From the human T2T-CHM13v2.0 reference genome, Homo sapiens, in assembly GCF_009914755.1 (NCBI RefSeq), contig NC_060928.1: a stretch of 64,000 bases of DNA; one strand, 5' to 3'. Position numbers and translations under genes: made by a program. Positions within the stretch are counted from its first letter, which is position 1. The number at the start of each line of letters is the position of its first letter. Below the pieces are notes generated by a model. That model was not told where the DNA came from. It saw only the letters and a program-made list of their open reading frames with translations, and ran no database searches. Below are positions 40,540-53,680 of this stretch, one piece after another.

Positions 40540-43030
40540 GCCTTGATAAATTAGTAAGCCATTGGGTAAATAGGCTTGCTTCTTGTCCAGGAATCCTGAG
40601 AGACTTTGATCAGCAAACAACTAATTTCTGTCAGAGAAAGCACTAAAAGAGAATCCTGGTCAAAGGAGAGGATTCTTTCAGGGGCTTCTTTATTTGGCAG
40701 ATATTACAATACATTACACTCATCAGATTTCCCCTTTTGAACAGGCAACTAAAGATAGAGACTTATTATATGAGCCATTAGTTAGCCCTCCTGTATGGCA
40801 TGGTTGCAATCTTCTATGTTTTATCTAGAAAATGAAATACGTATTAACACGTGGTCTGTCTCTCCAAATATCCCCATTTTGGGCCTTGATTCAGTGTTGT
40901 GATCAGCTCAAAGTAGGTAGATGGAATTCTTAACTTCCAGTTCAATACAAACACTGTTTTGTCCCCTAGTAGAAATTTTTCTCTATATATAAAACATTTT
41001 TCTTTCTCTACATATAATTTTGAGTAATAGGGAGAAAAAGCACTCCTTTGTTCAACCCCTTCATTCCCAAACCTGTGTATTCTGACTATGGGACAAAGAG
41101 TACTGTAAGTTACTTCTTGGTTCTGAGCTTTTATGGTATCTAGAATTTGCTTTGGCAGGTGTTGTCACCCAGTTTCTGATTCTTCAATAAATTCCCTCAT
41201 TTTAGCTGGCCAATTAATTTAATTTATTATTAATTCATTATTTAATGAATTTATTTAGTTGGGTCATTTGGTGCATGAGACTATTTCCTCAATTTATTTG
41301 CTGTACTTTAACCGAAAAGCAATATTATAGAAAACCATGATGGTAAGTAATGGATTCAGTAAGTTCAGAGATAGTGCTAACAGAACCATTGTGGGCAGTG
41401 CAAGAGTTTATTCCAGTGCCAAGAAATCTTCTAACAAGACATCGAAAAGTCCCTAAACAACAAGAATATTCTAGGTTGGCTTGTCAGAATTCCATTGATT
41501 CAAACCATAAGAAATCAATGAGCCTAAATGGATTTAGATAGTTTATTAATCACGGTCCAGCAGAAACCTGGTGTGTGCATTGGTTCCCCTTGTCTCGTAA
41601 GTCCAATACTTCTGAATCAGAATAAGCCCAAGTGAACATTGAGCACAAAAGAGTCTGTGTCAAAACTGAGCAATACTGAGCTTAGCCAGCCCCTAATCCT
41701 ATAAGGAATTTGACAGCAAACCTGCCCATCCTTTGCCCTGGAGGAAGACTATATTATACTGGTTAGGAAACAAATATACCTTCTGACCTGGAGGAAAATT
41801 CTATCTTTAGCCTTCAAGGCTGTTTGCTATTGAGACATCCTTGAAAATATATTCCTGGAGAAAAGTCATCATAAAACATACAGGAACACCACAAAGCATA
41901 GTCTCCAAACAGCTTTCAAGACAGGAGGTCCAATGTAATAAGCATGTTGCTAGGCACTGATAAATTGTGCCATATAAATTGTGCCTTTGGTCTCTGCTTT
42001 TCAAAAGTTGATCATTTAACAGTAGTACTACCAGGTAGCTCTTGATATAGAAAAGCCCGTAATAGTAGCCCATGTATTTTTTCAATTAAAATTCTACCAC
42101 TATCACCACTGTTAAGGACTGTTGAATCTAACACTGAGGTACCTGGAGAGAAAGACTAATAGAGTTTCAGCCATACTGCTTATATTGAGTCATAGTCAGA
42201 ATAATGATTATCACCTTACCATTAAGAGCTTCCTATGCAGGGCATGTCTTATGCAGGTAGCCATTATTACATCCTGTTTTCCTCATTAAAGACCCATTTT
42301 TTTCTACCTCTTCCTGTGCTTCTTATCATACTCTTGAAGTCATGTCCTCTTAACACAGTTGATGTCTAAGCTAATCATTAGTGACTGCCTACAAACTTAT
42401 ATGGATTCATATCTCTATCTCTTAATTATGAAAAACCAGATAGCCATCTTAAAATCCTACGTTTTCTACTTCATGTTTCTCCTTGATAAAGGATAGTGTT
42501 CCTGAAGTCCACATGCATGGTGCTGGCATTTCTCAGACAGCTGCACACAAGGAAATTCCCATGAGGCCAGTTGGATTAAGTTGGGGGAAAAGGTCCCAGT
42601 GCAGGGACAATGGGTATTGTTAGTGCTTGAGGCACATGATTATGCCAACAGGATATGCTGAATGAGCTGTACTTATTTAACTTCCTGGCTTGATGGGTCA
42701 GTTCATGAGTGACGGCTCATATTGCATGTTCTATTGGTAACACAAATTCAGGACTTTAGTCTTTACAAGGCTCAATGAAAGTTTGGGGCTGTATCTCAAG
42801 AGGAAAATAGTTTTCCGAAGAAAAGAATCTATCTTTGCTCCAAAATCTAAGAGTTTGCTTTGCTAGTCTTTTATTGTAGCTTTTCAACAGGTCCCCTGAC
42901 AAACATTATCTCCTACTGAAAAATGTAAGAAAACTATCTGCCAAGGTATTAAGCCAAAGTGACAGAGTTCTTGCATTGCTATCTGGGTCTGCTCAAGACT
43001 TTTCTCTTGCTTTGGGTCCCAAAAACTGAC
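40540..43030 (-). mobile_element. Degenerate ERVL-class internal sequence
   Basis: Motifs such as CTTAACTTCCAGTTCAAT and TGTCCCCTAGTAGAAA resemble ERVL 3' pol DNA; no ORFs survive. Confidence 0.4.
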
Positions 43031-43831
43031 AAAAATAGTTTTCCTATAGAATAAGAAAGATTGTTATAGGAAGCCCAGGCAATGTAAGTCCATCAGCCTA
43101 AAGAAACTCCATCAATCTCCACCTGCCCTTAATATCTGTGCTGAATTGCATGGAAAGGAGTCTTATTGGATAAGCTCAAATCATCGTTTCACTCTTATGG
43201 AAAATTTTGAATAGGCTTATGCCATGACATTTTCCTGTGACCAGAGAATGAAAAGAGTAAACACAAACTACATGAAGAGATGAAGGTAGAGTTTCAACAA
43301 TAGGGTAGTTGCTGTGACAATAGTAAGAGGCAGTCCTACACTTAAAATTGTATGGAGTGGATATGACATAGAGAATTTTTTATTATTAAAAAATGGCTCA
43401 CTGATGCCAAACCATGAGAGCCTGAAAAGTTTTACTCGATAATGTTAGAGAATGGTAATTCCATAATTTTATGTAAATTAAAATGTAAAAATAACTTATT
43501 TTCTGTATCAAAAAATGTGAATAGAACAGTATTTTCAAAGGTATATTTTATATAAATCTAGAACATAAAATTCTTCACACACACATGTGTATGTGTTTGG
43601 GTTTAACACATTGCTGATCCAAATTAATGCATATTAGTCTAGGAAATTTCTTGAGACGTCTGCAAAAGAAACCTTTTTAACCTTGTTAATTACTGAATTT
43701 GAAAAATTGATGAGGACAGAGAAGATTTTATCAGTAAAATTCCTGTTGATGTGTAACTACTAATTTTGGGACAATTGGGGAAATACTAAAGAGAATAAAT
43801 CAATGTTTTATTACTTTATAAAAATATATGA

Positions 43832-43949
43832 GGAAATACCTATAAAAATTATTCATTTGTGTACTTATTATCAGTGGATACAAATCCAGTGGAAACACCT
43901 ATAAAAATTATTCATTTGTGTACTTATCATCAGTGGATACCAATCCAGT
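43832..43949. repeat. 59-bp tandem duplication (3 mismatches)
   Basis: GGAAA(T/C)ACCTATAAAAATTATTCATTTGTGTACTTAT(T/C)ATCAGTGGATAC(A/C)AATCCAGT x2. Confidence 0.95.
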
Positions 43950-44765
43950 GGCTTATTAGGAGAATTTGTGGAGTTTTTAAAAAATGCCTTCGTCCAAGCC
44001 ACAGTCTAAATACATGGGATTACACAAATACAAAGATAAAATCTGGATTGAGAAAAATATATTAAGCATATATTTAATACCTATGTTTCCTAAACTATCA
44101 TTTATTCAAGTGCAGGGAAGGTTTCTAGACTGTGTGAAACTTTTAAATCTTTAGCTAACATTTCTTCCACATGATAAAACACACAATTTTTAAGTGGAAG
44201 TGAATACTCTGATGCAAATATACAGTGATTCATTTTTATGGTTCAGAGGAAAATAATAACAGCTATTCATGATATTCAAAGCAACTGTTAAGTCTTTATT
44301 CGTATTCTCTTTTACAGAGTTTGTGGATTATTAGAACACAACATTCAGAGTCCTGTGAAATTGCCTTAATGATAACTGCTCATGCACTTAGTGCTTCAAA
44401 ATCCCCATGAATACAGAAGTCAATTATGTGAGCAGGTGCACCCAAGTAACTAGGTTTTATGCTCACTGGGATATCACAACATTTAAATTTGATAAAGTTA
44501 ATTCGCAAATATGTACATTCATACACAACAATAAGTTAATATACATTCATGAAAATGCAAATAGAGAAATCAAGGCCTGGAAAGTGATTAAGATTGCTTT
44601 TTAGAAAATTGATACAATGATTTCAGCTCCATGTAAGATTTTTCCTGAGGATAAAATCAGCATAGAAGAAAAAAATAGGCTGAAATATTATCAACCATAC
44701 AACATTAACTAGAAATTTGGTGATTCTTATTAAAATAGGAAAATGAAAGCAAAATATAAATTATT

Positions 44766-45803
44766 GAAGTTTTCTGCAGGGGTGGAACCCTCATGCAAAC
44801 CTGTTAGGGCAGAGTAGATGGAAAATTTGGGATTGGAGCTCCCACACAGAGTCCCCATTGGGGCACTGCCTAGTGGAAATGTGAGAAAAGGGCCACCGTT
44901 GTCCAGATCCCAGAATAGTAGATCCACCAACAGCTTGTACCTTGTGCCTGGGAAAGCCACAGACACAACACCAGCCCATGAAAGCAGCCAGGAGAGGGTC
45001 TGTATCCTGCACACCACAGGGGCGGAGGTGCCCAAGGCTGTGGGAGAGCCCACCTTTTGCTTCCGCATGCCCTGGATGTGAGACATAGAGTTAAAGATGA
45101 TCATTTCAGGGCTTTAATATTTGGCTGCCCTTCTGGATTTCAAACTTGAATAGGTCCGGTAGCCTCTTCATTTTTGTGAATTTCTCCCATTTGTAATGGA
45201 CATATTTACCCAATGCCTTTATCCCCATTTTATCTAGGAAGCAACTAACCTGCTTTTCATTTTATGGGGTAACAGGTGGAAGTGACTTGCTTTGTCTCAG
45301 ATGAGAATTTGGACTTGAACTTTTGGGTTAATGCTGGAATGAGTTAAGACTATGGGGGACTGTTGGGAAGAAATGATTGTGTTTTGAAATGTGAGGACAG
45401 GGGATTTGGGTGGGGTCAGAGGTGGAATGGTGTGGTTTGGCTGTGTACCCATCAAAATCTCATCTTGTACTGTAGTTCCCATTATCCCCACATGCCATGG
45501 GAGGGACCAGGTGGGAAGTAATTTAATCATGAGGGTGGTTACCTTCATGCTGTTATTGTGACAGTGAGTGATTTCTCATGAGACCTGATGGTTTTATAAA
45601 GGGCTTTTCCCCCTTCTCTTGGCCCTTCTCCTTCATGCCATCATGTGAAGATGGTTGTGTTTGGTTCCCTTTCCACCATGATTGTAAGTTTCCTGAGGCC
45701 TCCCCAATCATGCTGAAGTGTGAGCCAATTAAACCTTTTTTCCATTATAAATTACCCAGTCTCAGGTATGTCTTTATTAGCAGTCTGAGAATGGACTAAT
45801 ACA
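44766..45803 (+). mobile_element. THE1C/D 3' half: internal (44766-45427) plus LTR (45428-45803)
   Basis: CACACAGAGTCCCCATTGGGGCACTGCCTAGTGG; LTR ends GAGAATGGACTAATACA. Confidence 0.92.
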
Positions 45804-46439
45804 TTTCCTCCTGGCCACAATAATACAGCTGTTTCCTACAATCAAAATATGTTCAGTCCTCCTCGCACAGCATCAAAGTCTTCTCCCTTTAGGACATCAG
45901 CCCTAAGTTCAGAATTTCATTGTGTAAATAATGTTTTGATAATGATGAGGCTCTTTCTGTGTGCTTTCTTGAATACAGTTCTTTGTATATGGTACTTACT
46001 GAGCAGGTATTTACCTGTGAAGGAAGAGGCTAGTTATCTGCCCCTCCACTCACCCAATATACAACTGTGATAGAGAGGAATGATAACTCCCATGAGGCAT
46101 TCCTAATCAAAATGAGAGAAAAACGAGCACCTATATGTGGCCTACCTATGTAGTAAGAGATTTTTGCAGGATAGAACATATCTGCTCCAAGACAGAGGAT
46201 TACAAGGTGATTATTTACATATGAGGATGCAGAAGTATCCAGGCCAATTATAAACTGCATTTACAACTGGTACTATCACTTATATCACATTTGTTTAAAT
46301 CAGCCACAGTGTCTACCCAGAATGAAGGGGATAGAGATTAGGTATCTCTTAATTTAAATGCTTATATTATTAAAGAAGAAAGTTTAAAAATACAAAATCT
46401 AAGATTAGTTTTAAATAATTGAGGGGAGGGGAAGCAAAT

Positions 46440-47900
46440 TAAGCAAAGTAAGTAAAATAAATGGAATAATAAAGATAACAGGAAAATGAATAATACAAAA
46501 AAACAGAAAGAAATTTAGTAAAGTTGATTAATACAACTGAAAAAAGACTAGCAGGACCTATCAAGAATAAAAGGGAAAACAGAAATTATCAATATTAGCA
46601 GCTAAACAAGGAAGAAACTGTACAAGATACAGTATCTTTTCTATAGATACTGTAGAAAATAAAAGGAAAATGAGGAAATATGTAGCAAAACTTAATAATA
46701 CATTTGATAACTTGTGTAAAAAAGATGAATCCTTTGATTAAACACAATCAACACCAAGAAGAAACAGAAAATTTGGATAACCTATGCTTATTAAACAATT
46801 TTAAATTCTAATATATCCCCCAATAGAGAAAATTCTTACACAAATGCTCTCATTGGTGAATTTTATCAATGTTCTGTGAAAAACTAATGCCATCTAACAC
46901 AAACTCTTTAACGAAATTGAAGATGAGAAAAATATTTTGAATGCTAGTGGGACTGATCAATAGTATCTTTTATAAATTATAAATTATAAATTATCTATAT
47001 ATAATTTATAAATTTTATAAATTATAAATTATACATCATGACCAAGTGGTATTAACAGGAAATTGAATGATGGTTTAAACAATAAAAAATCAATGTAATT
47101 TATCATATTATAAAGATAAAGGATAAAAGTAGATATAGTGTCAATTGGCAAAGATAATACATTGACAAGAGTCAAAGTTCACTCAAAGAAAAAAAAAATA
47201 AGCAAACTGGGAATTAAAAGTTTCTAGGTCTGATACAGGCTATATTTACAAAATTAAAAAAAATGCAAATGAACACAGAAGCTACCCCTAATTTTATAGT
47301 TAATAATTTAGGAGTTGATACTCTGCCTTTAAAATTGAAAATATGTGAATAATTAATTTTACCACTTTGATACAGCATTGTACTGGAGGACTTAGCAAGT
47401 GCAACAAAAAGAAGTATAACTAGGAATGATGGCTTGTGACTAAACTCCTAGGTACTCAGGAGGCTCCTGTGGGAGGATTGCTTCAACCTGGAATTTCATG
47501 GCCAGCCTGTACAACATTGTTAGACCTCAATTACAATATTACTTTTGTAAGAGAATAAAGAATGACATAAGAGTAAGAGTATGCTACTGAATGAATTCAA
47601 ACAGTAATATTAAGATGCTGATACAAATCAGAGTTTTAAATTTAAAACAAAGGTATAAGTTTTGGGAGGAAATATAACTGGATATCTTCCAAACAAGGTG
47701 AAGAAATATTTAGTTTTAGAGAGAACACAAAATTAGTAAACATAAAACAAAAACAAATTTAACTTTATCGAAATTAATAACTTCTGTACATAAAACATCC
47801 CCATTTTACAAAAAAATTTAAGCTATGTGACAGACTCTGAGAATATCTTACCAATATTACTGAACAAAGGGTTTAAACAACAGTATTGCAGCTCATTCTT
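46440..47900 (+). mobile_element. Ancient L1ME ORF2 fragments containing a FLAM-like monomer (47419-47535)
   Basis: CAAGAAGAAACAGAAAAT, CATCATGACCAAGTGG, CAGCATTGTACTGGAGG; monomer GGGAGGATTGCTT...GGCCAGCCTG. Confidence 0.6.
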
Positions 47901-48650
47901 TAAATTACTTGAGCCTGTCTCATAACCTCACTCCAAAAAATAACGAATGTTACCATGCCAGATAAACATATAAATTAGCAACCTCATATCAAATAAATTA
48001 AATATATTTGATAACAAGAGTGTTCCTTTTTATGAACTGCTTTTAGAAACATTTACCTTGTTAGGATTCCACATAATAAAAAAATCTATGACATAATCTA
48101 TGAATTCATGGGATATGATTCCCTGTAATAAGCAAATACTAAACAAGAAAGTAACCAGCTATTTCATTAGAAAGCTGTGAAATAAAGTTATTTCATGAAT
48201 AAGAAGCTTCCTTTTGTGTAATTTATGACCTAATTTGTTAATCTATATCTTGTATGAAAAGGAACGACCTGGGGAGCGGTGTGGATTGTCTCAAAACTCT
48301 TACTGCCTTGCCTGTGACACTGTTACTTATATTCTTAAAGTTACCAGTAATATTTGATAATGTGTAAGATCTCTGAATCACAAAAGTCCCACTTGACTAT
48401 GCTATCTCTTAACTCTTTATCTCTCTCATCCTTTTCTCTCCTTTTCTCTGTCTCTCCCACTCTTTCTCTCTCCATCTCTCACTCTCTCTCATTTCTTCCT
48501 TGGTCATCAGGGAACTACAAAGTAGAAACACCGTGAATCATCCCCTTATATTCAGTAGAACTGCAAAAAATTAAAATTGAAATTAAAATCACCAACAGCA
48601 GTAAATATTGGCAAAGAAGTGGAGCAACTGGAACTCTGAGGTAATGCTGG

Positions 48651-48683
48651 ATCACTTCTCTGCCTTTTGGCTAAGATCAAGTG
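48651..48683 (+). pseudogene. RNU2: 3'-truncated (tailless) U2 snRNA pseudogene, nt 1-33
   Basis: ATCACTTCTCTGCCTTTTGGCTAAGATCAAGTG vs U2 ATCGCTTCTCGGCCTTTTGGCTAAGATCAAGTG (2 mismatches); starts exactly at U2 nt 1. Confidence 0.9.
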
Positions 48684-48873
48684 ATAGAACACTGGTGAAA
48701 CTACAAACTGTAACAACTGTTTTAGAATAAAATATTTTTCACTCCTGGATGTTTAACCAAGAGAAATAAAAACATATGTCTTAAAAGAGACTTTATAAGA
48801 ATGTTTATAGAGTTTTATCCATCATATCCTGAGATAGATATAACTCACATGTCTATCAACATTAAAATGGATG

Positions 48874-49187
48874 TCTTAGCCTCTCCAATGAATAAAGGAG
48901 GTAAGATAGAAATAATCACTCCGGTACCACAGTAGACAGGCCTTGAAGGTATAGAGTGGACTTGGCAAGTATTTTTTTTCCCTGTGACCTTCCAGTTGAA
49001 AACAAATTAGTTACTAATAGACTTAGGCAAATAATATACTTCATGGAGGCACATAACCCCAACCAATATAGCCACTAAGAAAATTGTAACGATTTGAGTT
49101 GGTCTGGTGGAATTATCTCCAGCCTTCTCCCTGTATCCAGTTACAGCAATAAATTCTCTTCTTTCATAAAAAAGTAAAAAAAAAAAA
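48874..49187 (+). pseudogene. Polyadenylated retrocopy of an LTR-like (U3-R) transcript 3' end
   Basis: AATAAA 49148-49153, A-tail 49166-49187, TSD AAAATGGATG/AGAACGGATG; host L1 resumes seamlessly. Confidence 0.7.
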
Positions 49188-49452
49188 GAACGGATGAACA
49201 AATGTTAATTATACATAAGAAGAAATATACTCAGAAATGTACAAATAATGGAATATTAATATGCACAACAATATGAATAAATCACAACAAATATTATGTT
49301 AGCAAAAATCACGTTGGGCAAAGGATGTCAGACAGAAATGCAGGTATACCCTATGACTACATTTATATAAAAGTTCAACAACAGGAGAAACTAATCTATG
49401 GTAAGCAAAAGTTCAATGGTAGTGACATATGAGTATAGAGACTGACTGGTAG

Positions 49453-49880
49453 TTGTTGCTTGGAAGGTTGGTGGTCCTCAAGCCAACTCTCAGTTTTGAT
49501 GATTCACTAGAAGAAGTCATAACTCAGAAAAACTGATACTCATGGTTATGTTTTATTACAGTATAAAGATACAAGTGAAAATTAGCAAAGATAAAGGCAC
49601 ATACAATGTAATCCAAATGAAGTCAAGCACAAACTTCCAGTTTTTCTCTCTCAGTAGAGTCATGTAGACAGCACTTAATTCTTCCAACAATAAAGTAAAT
49701 ATGAAGTATTTCATATTTCCAACAATAAAGTAAAAGCAAATATGAAGTTTTTCTAACCCCTGGTGTCCAGGGATTTTATTGGGGGTTACTCACATAGGTG
49801 TGGGTGATACATATGACAGATTTACTCTACTAAGTCTCCAGAACCCTCAGAGTTTAAACTGATACTGAATGGAACAGTTA
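49453..49880 (-). mobile_element. MER21-type LTR
   Basis: GGTCCTCAAG...TTGATGATTCACTAGAAG...ACTCATGGTTATGTTTTATTACAG...TGGTGTCCAGGGATTTTATTGGGGG. Confidence 0.75.
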
Positions 49881-50167
49881 AGATGCAGAAGTAAATTCTT
49901 TCAATTTACATAAATAGTGGAAGACAGATGTGAAAGTACAATGCAGGTTCTCTGGTTACAAATTCCACTTTTTCTTAAACATAAAAAGTTACCTCATCTA
50001 GATGTGTCTCTCTGTATCAAGCTCTCCAAATTAATAAAGTAATTATCTATTAGCCTAGTTTTACCTTATATTAATAAAAAAATGTGGAGGGGGAGTGTGT
50101 GAAGTTAATATTTTTGAAAATATATTTTAATAACGGAATTTAACATGTAAAATATAAAATCCAGCAC

Positions 50168-50581
50168 AGATACTGTAACAACAAAAGCTCTATTTATGAC
50201 ATTAGGGCGGAATAAAACAAAATAATAATAGGAAGGGACTATAATTTGATATATATACACATAGATTTATATATCTAAATTTAAAATGATGCAGTAAAAG
50301 TTCTAGAAGTAGTTAAGTAAAGATGGAAATGATCAAAATTACGTTTAATGTTAATAAAAATAATACCTTCAAGTTATAGAAGATACTGTAACAACAAAAG
50401 CTGTGTTTATGAGATTATGGAGGAATAAAACATAAAATAATGATAGGAAGGAACTATAATTTTAAATATATACATAGATTTATATATAAATTTAAAATAA
50501 TGCAGTAAACATTCTAGAAGTAGATGAGAATGGTTAAAATTACATTTTATGTTAATAAAAATAATAGCTACAAGTTACAGA
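50168..50581. repeat. About 210-bp diverged tandem duplication
   Basis: Units start AGATACTGTAACAACAAAAGCT at 50168 and 50381 and end CAAGTTA(T/C)AGA. Confidence 0.93.
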
Positions 50582-50765
50582 GCACTTTCAATAAATTATA
50601 TATGCTCTCAACAACACCGCAACATAGGTACTACTAATATTTTAATCTTATAAAACAGAAAACTAAGTAGCAGAGGAATTAATAATTTTCAAAATCACAA
50701 ATACCTAGTAAGCTTGTAGAACCAGAGTTTTGACATAGGCTGTCTAGATGCATACTCTTTGCTAT
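50582..50765 (-). mobile_element. MIR
   Basis: CTCTCAACAAC...ATAGGTACTACTAAT...AGAAAACTAAG...GAACCAGAGTTTTGAC. Confidence 0.65.
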
Positions 50766-51628
50766 GAAACCGTATTCCACACTCTATCTCACAGTAAATT
50801 ATGTTGGCATTGTAAATGTTATCAAATATAAATAAATTAGTTAACAAAGAAGCCAAATAAATTGTATATACATAAATATTCTTTAATTGGTTTAAAGAAA
50901 TATTCATTTTAGCAATTTTATGAAATTATAGAAACATAGGAGGATTAAGAAATGATTAATATATTTGAACTTAATATTCAATATATTTTAAAGAATTATG
51001 CATTTCCTTATGACAAGAGTAATCATAAAGATATTCAAGATAAGCATCTGTCTGATAGAAAACAGTTGCCTCATATTTGATGCGTATTAGTATCACTTGA
51101 TATGTAGCGAATAATTGGAAATTACGAACAAATGCAAGAGGTAAATAAACAGGAATAACAGAATAAAAAATGGAAAAATTTATGAAAAAATGCTTGAATT
51201 CAAACTAAGGAAATAGAAATCAAGTTTATGATAGGGAAATCTGAATTTTTTTGGCATAAAAAGCAATGCAAAATAGGTTAAAAAGCCATAAAATATATTG
51301 ACCAATACACTGAAATGGTCTAGTAGGGAAGGTTTAATGAACATTTAAACAGGTTCCATCCTAGTTCTCTAAGATTTTCTTAGCATTCTCCCATTTCTGT
51401 TTGCTTGCCTCTTTTAACATGGCTCTTTTCAGGTTTTCAAAATAGTAGCCCACAGCAAATAAGGTTGTTTGTTTCCTGAGTCACATCAAGGTGTAGGAAA
51501 AAGAGTACTTCTTCCCTACTTAATAAATAAATTTTGCATTTCATTACAATTGCCCATATATCTCATCTGACAAACAACTGTGGGAAGAGAAATGATATTG
51601 TCTATATGGGTATGCTTAGTTAAGCTAT

Positions 51629-51656
51629 TTAGGTTGGTGCAAAAAATTGCGGTTAC
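51629..51656. mobile_element. MADE1 single TIR fragment
   Basis: TTAGGTTGGTGCAAAAAATTGCGGTT. Confidence 0.65.
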
Positions 51657-51944
51657 CACAATACACTGTTAATGGATGTGATAATTGCTAAAAATATATA
51701 CAAATTAGTTAGCTGTCATATTTTGTAACTTAAAATTCACGTACACTAAGAATATTAAAGTCTGTCTCATAAATACATTTGCACTTATGGAAACAAAGAT
51801 ATAAATATGTATGACAATGGCAGCATTATTTGTAATAAGCATTATTACCTGTCATCAAGTAATATATATATTGAGAAGGGGTAGTTAAAATATTCTGGTA
51901 TGTGCAAAAATGGAATTCTTGTAAGCTATTTACAAAAACAGTTA

Positions 51945-53680
51945 GACCATACCAAGAACATTCATAGGTGAAAGTCTTTTCAACAAATAGTGCTGGGAAA
52001 AACGGGTATTGATATGCAAAAGAATATAGTTGAACTCACCTTGCATCATGTATAATAATTTACTCAAAAGGTATTAAAAATATAACATGAAAGCTACAAC
52101 TATAAAACTCATAGAAGAAAACATGGGGAAAGCTTCATGACATTGGATTTGGCAATGATTTCTTTGATATGACACTAAACATAGACAACAACAAAAAATA
52201 TATAAATCGGACTTCATCAAAATTGAGAATGTTTGTCTATTAAAGGACACCATCAACAGAGTGAGCAAACAGCACACATAATGGGAGAAAATATTTATAA
52301 ATCATATATCCGATTAGGGATTAATATCCAGGACATATAAAGAACTCTTACAAATCATCATCATCAACAACAACAACAAACAAATGTAAAAGTTGTCAGA
52401 ATCAAAATAGAGTCATCAATGTTATGAAAACCCTGATAAACAGAGTTAGAGAAGTCAATGAAAAGAGGGTTCTCACACTTCTATGACTAAAAAAAAGACT
52501 CCACAAAACACACAACCTTGCACAAAGGCCATCACAACCTTATATACAATATACTTCTGCAAAAACAACTGCCCAGCACTGTCTGCCCAACGTTAGACTA
52601 GTGTTAAGCTGTTACTGATCTCTGTAGTTGGGTATCATTATTTAAAAACAACTATAAAATCCTTCTTATTTTTTCCTTTAAAAACTTTCGTCTTTCTTTA
52701 CCTTGCTGAATATGCACATAGTTTACTATGGCATGTGTATTCTCATTGAAATGCTCTATTCCCAAATAAATATCTTTTTCTTTTAGAGAACCTTTCTTAG
52801 TTTATTGGATTGACACAAACAACTGAATTAAAAAATGGGCAAGGACTTGAATAGATATTCCTCTAAATAAATTATATGCATGGCCAATAAATACATGAAA
52901 AGATACTCATCTCCTATCATTAGAGAAATGCAAATCAAAACCACAGTTGGATACCACTTCATATCCATCAGGCAGATATTATAAGAAAACAAAAACAAAA
53001 ACAAAAAAATAACAAATCGGTGAGGATGTGGAAAAATTGAACCTATTGTGCCTTGCTGGTGAAACTGTAAAATGGTGCATCTGCTATGGAAAATAGTACA
53101 CTGGTTCTTTAAAAATTAAACATAGAATTACCATATGATACAGGGACTCCATTTCTGGGTATCTATACCCAAATGAGTTAAAAACAAGGACTCAAACAAA
53201 TATTTGTATACCCATGTTCACAGCAGCATTATTTATAATACCCAAAAGGAGGAAACAACTCAAATGTCAATCAGTGCATAAATGGATAAACAAAATGTGG
53301 TATATTCATACAATGGGATATTATTCAGCCTTAAAATGGAGTTAAATTCTGACACATGCTACAATATGGATGAAGATTGAAGATTTTAAGCTAAGGGAAT
53401 ATGTCAGACTCAGACAAATGTTGTATAATTTTCATCATATGAAGTACCTAGTGTACTAAAATTTATAGATACAAAAAGTAGAATAGTACTTGCTAGGGCC
53501 AGGGGGAGGGAATGATGGGGAGTATTTGTTTAATGGCACAGAATTTCAGTTTGGGAAAATAAAAATCTTCTGGAGATGGTGGTGATGATAACTGCAAAAT
53601 AATGTGAATATACTTAATGCCACTGAATTGTACACTTTAAAATGCTCAATTCTATGATATGCACATTTTACCACAATTTA
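51945..53680 (+). mobile_element. L1MB-type 3' portion
   Basis: TCTTTTCAACAAATAGTGCTGGGAAAA...ATTAGAGAAATGCAAATCAAAACCAC...ACTTAATGCCACTGAATTGTACACTT. Confidence 0.9.
52385..52815 (+). mobile_element. MER65-type ERV1 solo LTR inside L1MB
   Basis: TGTAAAAGTTGTCAGAATCAAAATAGAGTCA...TTGACA; 4-bp TSD CAAA (52381-52384 and 52816-52819). Confidence 0.85.

Larger units (their letters stand above)
48570..49450 (+). mobile_element. Old L1M (MC/MD-like) 3' fragment hosting two retrocopies
   Basis: GTGGAGCAACTGGAACTCT...AGAGAAATAAAAACATATGTC...AAACTAATCTATGG. Confidence 0.75.

Noticed and set aside
46624-46654. 10-bp inverted repeat TACAGTATCT/AGATACTGTA (and a 9-bp hairpin at 21841-21861)
   Set aside because: Too short and AT-rich to distinguish from chance.
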